From: Cyanophora paradoxa CCMP329
Taxonomy: Eukaryota > Plantae > Glaucophyta
DNA length: 64,000 bases
NCBI GenBank assembly: GCA_004431415.1
Contig: QPMI01000689.1
Location: 50,723 to 114,722, forward strand
Direction: 5' to 3'
The notes under the pieces were generated by a model, which had not been told where the DNA came from, did no database searches, and saw nothing but the letters and a program-made list of their open reading frames with translations. Shown here piece after piece: positions 10,001-17,316 of the stretch (position 1 is its first letter; every line of letters starts with the position of its first letter). Both the position numbers and the translations under genes were made by a program.

Positions 10001-10302
10001 ACAACAACTTCCCTTCTGGCTCTGTAAGTGAGCCAGCGATATAATTCATTCATGGCTGTTCCATCTTCTGCCTCAGGTTCTATTTGCCTTAGGCGATCTA
10101 GTTCATCCAAGGTTTCAATTTTATCATATAGGTTATTTGCTTTTCTGGTTAATCTGGCTAAAGTGGGTCTACCCTTTGCAATTAAATCTATTTCCCGGTC
10201 ATATTCAGCCTCTGTTATTTCATGGGCTGCATAAAGTGTTCCCAGCAATCCCATGAGTTCCCATTTCTTCTCTCTTATGAGTTTGTTGGTAATTCGGGGC
10301 AT
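7057..10302 (-). CDS. Family B DNA polymerase (Polinton protein-primed type) with endonuclease-VII-like Zn insertion
   Basis: Motifs FDANNLYG, KLMNNSIYGK, HDTDS, GLRAKVY. CYLC..CRDHDHHTG..ACRNCN insertion. GLDPVHYVSAPGLSWDAML segment typical of Maverick PolB. Confidence 0.92.
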   Translation of the reverse strand: MPRITNKLIREKKWELMGLLGTLYAAHEITEAEYDREIDLIAKGRPTLARLTRKANNLYDKIETLDELDRLRQIEPEAEDGTAMNELYRWLTYRARREVVVDVIEFLDRIATSLPNRLRQGLDQFRAIKVRLSFICKFVKVSNPQVWISKYIYSDYFVLTRSRNIRTELNKAAQMCQEQMNVVDSYRLERIEILRVAIMSYAPTGGCFLQTPEWIARKRATVNIRNIDDSCFENAILAYIHRKAINSHKRNELSQYRKWKYSAIAYNPLALNFDNIPFPVACDAEIIDKFEAQNAGISINIFGIDGEVVYPLHQSSNPGRKHKVNLMLIFDDEGNGHYITIMSLSRLLKVNHETYNDQKLHYCDTCLSRFRSEAKLTAHVDSNRCIDWRLSKGITPKPETTIEFGLKNLRKTVWLPVVVYCKIEHRSIPIDASKSKREVSAVNIRIVTGADVQDFRFEGQDPMGGLFECLESKARELIDFLFTNIPMNELTDEQKAVYRATKHCYLCSERFTKENFKCRDHDHHTGHYIAPACRNCNLHRRISKQTKVAVVVDQMDDCGTFIFRKIAGMGDKKRIEILSKNFDQYLSLQWGLYKFIDASNFMDFGAADVTELMNKFQAFRRLSHSVYGLDPVHYVSAPGLSWDAMLRTTKAKIELISDVEQYEFVERGIRGGFATMPCRYAEADGENSHIMLFDANNLYGYCLSQPIPVGDFRWETEFNPQDNRSSFLEVDLDYPIRLFLDHSDFPLIINKKIVEYAELSQYQKSLLDLSGEELDKTPKLTATFGSVTNYVISEPLLQYLLDKGVKLSKVHRVLSFTVAPVMKSYIELNTDMRRKAVNKFEADFYKLMNNSIYGKCIESCRGRSVVKIANTEKLFMKYAASPLVKSTSPISERAVAFEFYTKHVKLDKPVAIGAYVLDAAKLHNYKFFYDTVRSQWSKAKLLFHDTDSFCLYIESKTLQKDIENISYALDLGGSNRMTPGKYKNEMPGSAILEYVGLRAKVYSFRTAEIERSKLSGTSTEELQFNDFKECLFAGISKTVTAKQKRRADHTIIDTVSRRVALNCFDAKRYILPDGINSVPFN

Positions 10303-10363
10303 TATTCCTAACTTGTTCCTATTCTAAGGGGATATTTTATTTTAGGATGTTCTAAACGCATTT

Positions 10364-10714
10364 TTAAAATGTTTTAATGGATCCATTGGCTTCCTCTGAA
10401 TGGAATCGCAAAAACCGATTAATTCTAAATCTTGATTTCGGTTTTTGTAAATTGACTATCCAAGGTTCAAACAGATACATGTAATATGCTTCTCTGTTCA
10501 TTAGGTCTTCATGCCCACCATTCTTGCTTGAATACAAGACTGAAAACTTGACATCAGCAGCCTTGCATAGGTCTGCTGTGGATTTCATTTCACCTGATTT
10601 GTGTTGTCTCCATCTTTTGTGTAGTGGCTGTGAGGTTCTCCCTATGTAGATTTTGTTCATTTCCTGACTCTCAATCATATAGATCGATCCAGAATCATGA
10701 TCTGTTCCAGCCAT
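10364..10714 (-). CDS. GIY-YIG endonuclease
   Basis: SIYMI..KIYIGRT..KRWRQH..REAYY. Confidence 0.85.
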   Translation of the reverse strand: MAGTDHDSGSIYMIESQEMNKIYIGRTSQPLHKRWRQHKSGEMKSTADLCKAADVKFSVLYSSKNGGHEDLMNREAYYMYLFEPWIVNLQKPKSRFRINRFLRFHSEEANGSIKTF

Positions 10715-10841
10715 GTCTTACTTCTAACATAAAAATATATTTTTCTATCTCTTAAATCATTTTTTGGAAATGGCTTAAAGCGAATTTGAAAAAAGGATAT
10801 AGAGGAAAAATTATTTTCTTTTCTACTAGTAGAAAGGATCG

Positions 10842-11327
10842 ATGAATACCCAAGATATCATAGAAACCCTGAAAGCTTCGACCTCAATACCTGTTGAGGA
10901 TGCCACAAGTATGTTTACTGATGCAACTAGAGATCTTTTGGATCGCTCTGTGAGTGAAAACAAAATCTTTGTGATCTCAAACACTGAAAAGCATGTCAAA
11001 ATGTTTCGGAATTTGAATGTGGTCAATGGATATTCTCCTGAGAGAAGGCAACTTTGCTTCATTCTCTTCAAAGACAGTGGTTACCTAGTTCCCCAATCGA
11101 TTTCTAAGAGTATTCTGAAATCGTTCTTACATGATGTCATCATATCTTTTGAGAGGGAAGAGGATACAACATGTGTTATTTGTTTGGAAACTGATGAACC
11201 CCCTGGGACATGGAGTTGTTTCAAGTGTAATAGTCAAGTATGTGGTGACTGCACAGCAAAGCTGCCATCAAAAGATCAATTCAAATGTCCAGTATGTAGA
11301 AGTGATCTTAGTGTTAAGTTGACTTAG
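10842..11327 (+). CDS. RING-finger protein (putative E3 ligase)
   Basis: CVICL..CFKC..VCGDC..CPVCR C-terminal RING-like pattern. Confidence 0.8.
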   Translation: MNTQDIIETLKASTSIPVEDATSMFTDATRDLLDRSVSENKIFVISNTEKHVKMFRNLNVVNGYSPERRQLCFILFKDSGYLVPQSISKSILKSFLHDVIISFEREEDTTCVICLETDEPPGTWSCFKCNSQVCGDCTAKLPSKDQFKCPVCRSDLSVKLT

Positions 11328-11500
11328 TGGGTGGAGTTGAGGCACTTTTTATTTCTTTTTAGGGCAGAGTCCTCTTTCAGAATCTGTGAAAAAATGAGTC
11401 AACTCCCCCCACTTAGTCAACCTAATCGATAAATAAACCATAAATAAAAGACTGTTTGGGTCTTTTATGATAAATTTGAGTCAACTATGAGTCCACTTTT
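11313..11500. promoter_or_regulatory. Internal copy of the TIR iteron block (putative replication origin) directly downstream of the helicase
   Basis: GTTGACTTAGTGGGTGGAGTTGA..TGAGTCAACTCCCCCCACTTAGTCAACC..TGAGTCAACTATGAGTCCACTTT resembles 4676-4865. Confidence 0.55.
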
Positions 11501-11508
11501 GAATAAAC

Positions 11509-14103
11509 CTAAACTTCAACATCAGAATCATAATCTGATGCATCTGGATCAGCAGCAGGTAGGTCCTGTTTCATTCTTGGATTAGCTTCTTCCTCAATAG
11601 TGTCATCATCTACAAGTTTCATCTTTCTGAATTCCTCAAATACTTGTGGGAATAGGAAATGATAGTATTGTTTGCCATTTGTAGTTTTCACTTGAATATA
11701 TGTAACACTTCTCATTTCAGTATAATATCTGCGACTATTATAATCGTTTTTATATTTGTTGCTGGTAATGAACTCCTGGAACCACTTCCAGGTTTCCACA
11801 AGGCTACCAGACTTGCATTTATTCTCGGAAATTAAGCCTCGATCCACAAGCCACTTAGTGAACATAAGAATGATTGGGGCGCATACCTGCTGGGCTAAAT
11901 AGTATTTATTTGTAAGGGGTCTATCAGCAATCCAGTTCACATCCTCACAGTCAACTTTGGTTCTCAAATAGTGGGCAATGTTTCGAATATTGCAGTGATC
12001 ATTAAGCCATTTTACAAGTGGAAGGAAGTATGACCTATCCTTTGCGAATTTCTTACTAACTTCAACAACCACAAATCGCCTATCTCCAGCTTCAATTTTC
12101 ACTGGAATGTTATTATTGCTGGTAAATATAATCCTGGCAAAGTTGCTTTTTGTGTATGAATCTATCCCTTTGTGTTCAATTACAATCTTATCAGAAGTTA
12201 TGAGATCTTTGAGCATATCATTATTTTCGAATGTGTCCTTGCCTGAGGCTTCATTGACAACAATCAAGATCTTATCCTCTCTGTTGTGGGCAAATCGACC
12301 AAACAGATCCTCTTTTGGCTTACCAGTTGCATAACTCAGGGCATCTCCAAGTATCTTCTTTTGAAAAGTATCAACCAACACATTCTTACCAGTTCCTTGT
12401 TCACCAATGAAGATTATGGATACTCCATTGAGTTCCCCAGGCTTTTGCAGCATGTGGGCAAACCATTTCAATAGATATTCGTAGGTATTTTGATCCTCAC
12501 CAGACATTAAGAACAAGTGATCTAGGAAAGGCTTAATCATCTCAGCAGTTACATCCTCTGGAGCATTTTCGAATTGCTGATGGTCAACCTTCATTCCTGG
12601 ATAGAGATTAAATACAGACTTGCATTTGGCACTGAGAGTAGCAGGAGGTGGGAGGAAATCCATGTAAGTTGATCTTGTGGCTGTTGGATCCACAATCCAT
12701 TTCCTAAATGATTGCTCCCATTTCTCTTTCTCATTATCTGTCCCCTCATTCACAATCACCTTATGCATCAAGTGGGGGAAATGCTTTGTAGAGAGCTTCC
12801 CAATATCTTTTGGCATCCAGCAAAGTAGTTGTTCATCCCAGAGCATCACACAACCAACATTTTCAACATGATGCATTCGAGCATTGAAATACCTCTTATG
12901 CACATTGTAATGTTCAGCCAAAGGAGGGATACTTGCAGTCTTGTAATCGATTTCATCTGTGTCCTCTGGTAGGAATGCATACTTTTTGGGGAAGAGTTCC
13001 TTGAAAAGCTCATTGTTATCTTTGCTCAACCAATAAACCAAGGATTTGAAGGTTAACACTTTGCCAGGCTCAACCTTCTTCTTGCTTCTGCGAAGCTGTG
13101 TAAACTTCTCCTGGCATTCATCATAATCATACTTGTCACTCTGTTCTGAGAATTGGTGGAAGAGTTCAGCTTGCATTTTAGGGGTGAACTTGTTGTCTTC
13201 CCCAACATTGATGATGACCAGTCCTACATCAATCCAAGTTTTATACTCATTAGCTCTCTCACCATTCAGACCCATTATAACACTTTGTAGCAGCTCGAAA
13301 GTAACAGGATTTTCGGGTTCAGTGTCTTTTTCAGCTTCTACCTTCTCAGTCTTCACTTTATCACTTTTTGGCTCCTTTTTAACTGGTTTTGGCTCAGGGC
13401 TATAATTTGCGAATGCAGAAATATTCGATTCATCCACAAGTTTAGTAGTAGCTGAGAAGTAAGATACAAAGAAGTCCTCATTTCGCATTAACACTTTGTC
13501 ACAGTCAACGAATTTCTTAAAGCAAACGTTTTTATCAACATCTTTTTTCGATTTATTTTGAGCATCCAGAGTCTCACCTTTGCAGCAATTGAGGCAGATA
13601 AGGTTCTGTGTGGAGCTGTACACTCCACTGTCATAATCCTCATTTTTCACCAATCCCATTGCTTTGAAAAGCTTGGGGATATCTTCATGTTTGCATGCAA
13701 GCGATTTAATGATAAAGTGGGCTGAGATCTTGAACTTGGTGACATCCTCCTTGATCAAATAAACCCTTCTATGGCGAACTGCAACAGCAATATCGTTAAT
13801 CGAAGTGGTCCCAGATCGCTTCCATAGCTTATCTCTCATCTCTCTTACAACAGCTTCCGCCTCAGCATAGTTATCAGCAATGTTCTCCTTCAAATCAGCG
13901 AATTTATCCAGGTCCAGGTAAACTCTGGTGACTTGTTCAGGCTGAATGCATTCAGCCCAGGTCTTAATCTTGCTATTATCAATGGCTTCAAGGGCATCTT
14001 CGGCAGAATCAAATACATGGGTGACCTTGTTGCGATCACCAATGAGAGTACTAAGGAATGTAGCGTTTTCAACAGGGGTGGCGAATTTCTCGATTTTGTT
14101 CAT
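11509..14103 (-). CDS. AEP (PrimPol-like) primase - PriCT-2 - SF3/D5-like helicase
   Basis: AEP motifs YLDLD, SAHF, DSGVY. PriCT-2-like YKTWIDVG..FSEQSDKYD. Walker A GEQGTGKN, Walker B VVNEA, motif C FTSNN, GDRRF. Confidence 0.88.
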   Translation of the reverse strand: MNKIEKFATPVENATFLSTLIGDRNKVTHVFDSAEDALEAIDNSKIKTWAECIQPEQVTRVYLDLDKFADLKENIADNYAEAEAVVREMRDKLWKRSGTTSINDIAVAVRHRRVYLIKEDVTKFKISAHFIIKSLACKHEDIPKLFKAMGLVKNEDYDSGVYSSTQNLICLNCCKGETLDAQNKSKKDVDKNVCFKKFVDCDKVLMRNEDFFVSYFSATTKLVDESNISAFANYSPEPKPVKKEPKSDKVKTEKVEAEKDTEPENPVTFELLQSVIMGLNGERANEYKTWIDVGLVIINVGEDNKFTPKMQAELFHQFSEQSDKYDYDECQEKFTQLRRSKKKVEPGKVLTFKSLVYWLSKDNNELFKELFPKKYAFLPEDTDEIDYKTASIPPLAEHYNVHKRYFNARMHHVENVGCVMLWDEQLLCWMPKDIGKLSTKHFPHLMHKVIVNEGTDNEKEKWEQSFRKWIVDPTATRSTYMDFLPPPATLSAKCKSVFNLYPGMKVDHQQFENAPEDVTAEMIKPFLDHLFLMSGEDQNTYEYLLKWFAHMLQKPGELNGVSIIFIGEQGTGKNVLVDTFQKKILGDALSYATGKPKEDLFGRFAHNREDKILIVVNEASGKDTFENNDMLKDLITSDKIVIEHKGIDSYTKSNFARIIFTSNNNIPVKIEAGDRRFVVVEVSKKFAKDRSYFLPLVKWLNDHCNIRNIAHYLRTKVDCEDVNWIADRPLTNKYYLAQQVCAPIILMFTKWLVDRGLISENKCKSGSLVETWKWFQEFITSNKYKNDYNSRRYYTEMRSVTYIQVKTTNGKQYYHFLFPQVFEEFRKMKLVDDDTIEEEANPRMKQDLPAADPDASDYDSDVEV

Positions 14104-14303
14104 TTTCGATTTTGGGGGACTTCTACCTTTAACGAAGAAAATAATTTCGGAAGGAGGAATTGTTTTTTGCCAAGTCCTTAAGTAGTTTTGGGTCGGGATA
14201 CTGTCTCGATGTAAAGGTACAGTTTTTAAAAAGAGGGAAGAAAGCTGTCATTTTTTTGCCTCCGATCAAATCGATTTCTACAAAATTTGTTTCGATCGAG
14301 AAT

Positions 14304-14630
14304 TTATTCCTCGATATATTTCCGAGGTCTTCCAACCGGTTTATGCTCTTTGGTTTTCTTGGGCTGTTCATCTTTCTTCTTGTGGTAATATTCCAGCGCT
14401 TTTGCCTTTTTCTGTTCGCGATATTCTTCATTTTCCCTGTATTTCCTCTGGTGTCTGAGGGCAATCTTTTTGAGTTCTTCTGGTGTGTGAACTGTAGCGG
14501 CTCCTTGGGATAATCGTTCCTCCTTCTTTTTATGATAGGCTTCGCGTTTTCTTTGGGCATCTTGCTCCCTTTTCAGTCTCAGCTTCTCTGCTTTTTCATC
14601 ATCTGTGAGTATCTTGCGGATATTCGGCAT
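14304..14630 (-). CDS. Small basic protein with AT-hook-like GRPRK
   Basis: K/R/E-rich helix, YRENEEYREQKKAKALEYY, C-terminal VGRPRK. Confidence 0.7.
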   Translation of the reverse strand: MPNIRKILTDDEKAEKLRLKREQDAQRKREAYHKKKEERLSQGAATVHTPEELKKIALRHQRKYRENEEYREQKKAKALEYYHKKKDEQPKKTKEHKPVGRPRKYIEE

Positions 14631-14798
14631 TTCTCTTTAATAGTAGATACGAAAATAATTTTCCTCAATACAACCTATCTACTTTTTCCTTAAGTCATTT
14701 TTTGTTGCGAACACCAGTTCCTGTCTATAAACTGTGGCAACAAAAAATGATTAGGTGAAAGCAGCTTGATATTTATCAGATATAATTACAAATCAGTA

Positions 14799-15107
14799 AT
14801 GGCTGCTCGAACTGCAAGAGGAATTCTGTTTGACAAGTTGGAGAAAAATCCTATAGTGAATGGACATAAGGGATTGGTAGATGCTATGGTCGAAAGTAGT
14901 CTTCAATCAAAAGGGATAAACATCAATCATACAGACAACACAAGAACCAAACAGTTTCGACAGAAATTAGAGAAAGACATATTGACAATGACACTTGATC
15001 CAAACTACATGCCTTCGATTGGTAAAAAGAATCATTCAGGCTCTGCCACAAGAAAGCGACTTTTAACCAAATTGATGAATCGTTCTATTGCAGCCACTAG
15101 CGATTAA
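14799..15107 (+). CDS. Hypothetical basic protein (MAARTARG...)
   Basis: ORF with the AT-rich AAAAAATGA upstream motif; first ATG at 14799. Confidence 0.55.
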   Translation: MAARTARGILFDKLEKNPIVNGHKGLVDAMVESSLQSKGININHTDNTRTKQFRQKLEKDILTMTLDPNYMPSIGKKNHSGSATRKRLLTKLMNRSIAATSD

Positions 15108-15187
15108 CCAATGAAGACACTAACTCCTGTGTATATATTTTTATAGCTGCCTCAGTTGCATACTGAGACCGCTTTTTCTCAATTATC

Positions 15188-15433
15188 TTATAGACCTGGG
15201 GGTCCATTGCTACTATCAGTTGGCAAATAATATTTAATCGGTCTTCCTCTGGGTCTCTGCTCCTCTTTTTGGGCTTTTCTGCGATAATAGGATGCTAGGG
15301 CTTGCTGCTTCTTATACTCTCTATATGCTGGGTCCTCTCTATATCGTTTCTGCATTGCTAGAATGTGTCTAATAGAACCCTCAGTAACAGGTTCATCACT
15401 GGTAAACTCGATTAAACTAATAGTATCCTCCAT
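15188..15433 (-). CDS. Small basic protein with AT-hook-like RGRP
   Basis: Homologue at 54762-54992 (QKRYREDP.YRE.KKQQALASYYRR). Confidence 0.8.
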   Translation of the reverse strand: MEDTISLIEFTSDEPVTEGSIRHILAMQKRYREDPAYREYKKQQALASYYRRKAQKEEQRPRGRPIKYYLPTDSSNGPPGL

Positions 15434-15689
15434 TTATATTCCCAGAGAAAACGTTTTCTGCTGACAGAGAACTTCTCCTTGGATACTCCTGCTGCTCATA
15501 TGTATACTCTGTGAGGTCTGCTGGCATTGACTCCACAGAAACTGTTGATCTCCTTCTCTCTCTTGCTTCTGAGGCATTATCCTCATTATCTGACATCTCA
15601 AACTCTATTGTTGTGTCACAGCATCCACTGTGGCAATTGCTCACCACATGCAGACTGAACATCTCGAAGAACTTTCGTATTATATCCAT
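15417..15689 (-). CDS. Small protein with N-terminal amphipathic helix and Cys cluster
   Basis: Homologue at 55018-55284 (MF.(L/I)HV.SN....CCDTTI). Confidence 0.7.
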   Translation of the reverse strand: MDIIRKFFEMFSLHVVSNCHSGCCDTTIEFEMSDNEDNASEARERRRSTVSVESMPADLTEYTYEQQEYPRRSSLSAENVFSGNINGGYY

Positions 15690-15711
15690 GTCTCTAATAA
15701 AACAGAGAAAA

Positions 15712-16446
15712 TTAAAGCCAAACTCGTCTTTTATATACTGTTGGGGCTACTCCCTTTTCTACTTCAGCTTTGGTGGCACCAGGTTCAATAGTTCCCTTTT
15801 GGGTCTTTGTTTTCATTTCATCTACTGCCTGCTCATCGATTTGGGTCTCTTTCTTAGCAATAAACTGTTTATCTGGGACACCAGTAATACCCATTTTATA
15901 AACTTCCTTTCGAAGCATCTCCTTTAGCTTAGCCCTCTCTTTCTTCTCAGTAACATACTGCTCCAAGGCACTTGATTTGGCTTCCAGATCTTTGAGTTTA
16001 GCAGTCATCTCATCCCATTGAGCCTTGGGAATTCGATGAACATTCTGAGTGGGAGCAGTCTTATATGTGACTTCACCAGCCATAGACTGGATTACCTTGT
16101 CTGATTCCTTACTTAGACCTTCACCTTTGCGAGCCAATGACAGATCTTGCAAGCCTAAACCTTTATCATCAGCAGCCCCAATAATTCGCCTGGCACCCTC
16201 AGCAACAGACTTCATCTTTGCTGTCTCAGGGGAAATGTTCAGTTGGTCAGCAGTTGAACTTTGTGGGGCTTTGTCATCGACTGATTCCTCATAGGCAGCA
16301 TTTAGGGGGTCTTCTTGGGGTTGTGAGGGTTTGATTTCGTTCATACCATTGAATTTCATTGGTTCAGTGTTAATAGATCCACTGTTTCCACCACCTGAAT
16401 AGCCAACAGCCCCAGCTGGGATCCCTATCTTTCGTTTGGGAGGCAT
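15712..16446 (-). CDS. Conserved hypothetical protein (244 aa), probable virion core protein
   Basis: Near-identical, same-length copy at 53999-54733. N-terminal PPKRK and C-terminal KRR; lies in the capsid gene cluster. Confidence 0.85.
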   Translation of the reverse strand: MPPKRKIGIPAGAVGYSGGGNSGSINTEPMKFNGMNEIKPSQPQEDPLNAAYEESVDDKAPQSSTADQLNISPETAKMKSVAEGARRIIGAADDKGLGLQDLSLARKGEGLSKESDKVIQSMAGEVTYKTAPTQNVHRIPKAQWDEMTAKLKDLEAKSSALEQYVTEKKERAKLKEMLRKEVYKMGITGVPDKQFIAKKETQIDEQAVDEMKTKTQKGTIEPGATKAEVEKGVAPTVYKRRVWL

Positions 16447-16474
16447 TGTATCTTTATTAGAATGAGAGATAATC

Positions 16475-17257
16475 TTATAAACCGCGTTTATATCGCATCA
16501 ATTTATTGCTATGGACTTGGCTCTTCACTTCTTTGGGGGCTTCCTCTTTCTCTGGGGGTTTCAGCTCATCTTCTTTCTTTTTGGGCTTCCTGTGGAAGCG
16601 AGGGAATGGGAAATCTTTCACAAGGTCCGCTTTATCAACAAAGTATTTAACTGAGTAGCCAGCAGAGGACCAAACGATATACTGATAGGAGTGAACATAC
16701 TCTTCAAACATCTTGTAAAAGTCCTCCTTGTTTCGCATTATATTGTATTCTTCCTCTATGGCTTCAAGTTCTTTGCGATTAGCAGCACTCAAGAAAACAG
16801 CATAATCAGAATTAACTCGAATAGTCGAAGAAACCTTACGCAATTTCTGAGTTATGCAAATAATGCTTATTTGGGAATGGCGCCCGCGACTGTAAAGAGA
16901 TGACACCACCTTGTCTCTGGTTAAATCAATTATCTCATTATCAATTAAATCATCTAAAACAACACACATGTGGTTGACAGGTTCACCTTTTTCGATTTTC
17001 TCCTGCCTTTCATCCAAAAGCTTTGAAATGTAACCAGCATCCCATTTCCCAAGTTGCACAGTGGCAACTTGGTCCCAGAAATGATTGAAGCTGGTCCCAC
17101 TCACAACTAGGACAACATCAATAACTTTGGCATCATGTAATTGCTTTAACCAATACTTAACACATTCGCTTTTGCCCGTGGCACTTTTTCCTATAAAAAT
17201 GGCTCTGAAAACACCTTTTATCATTTCAGAGACATTAAACTCTTCTAAATCTTGCAT
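16475..17257 (-). CDS. A32/FtsK-HerA family genome packaging ATPase
   Basis: Walker A GKSATGKS, Walker B VVLDD, and SRGRHSQISIICITQ signature. Confidence 0.93.
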   Translation of the reverse strand: MQDLEEFNVSEMIKGVFRAIFIGKSATGKSECVKYWLKQLHDAKVIDVVLVVSGTSFNHFWDQVATVQLGKWDAGYISKLLDERQEKIEKGEPVNHMCVVLDDLIDNEIIDLTRDKVVSSLYSRGRHSQISIICITQKLRKVSSTIRVNSDYAVFLSAANRKELEAIEEEYNIMRNKEDFYKMFEEYVHSYQYIVWSSAGYSVKYFVDKADLVKDFPFPRFHRKPKKKEDELKPPEKEEAPKEVKSQVHSNKLMRYKRGL

Positions 17258-17316
17258 TGTTGTAGATCTTCCTAAATAAAGACAGATAAAAATAATGCAG
17301 GAAGACTGAAAATGGT

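Noticed and set aside
14129-14560. 143-aa minus and 117-aa plus ORFs
   Set aside because: They overlap the better-supported 108-aa basic protein and the helicase promoter region.
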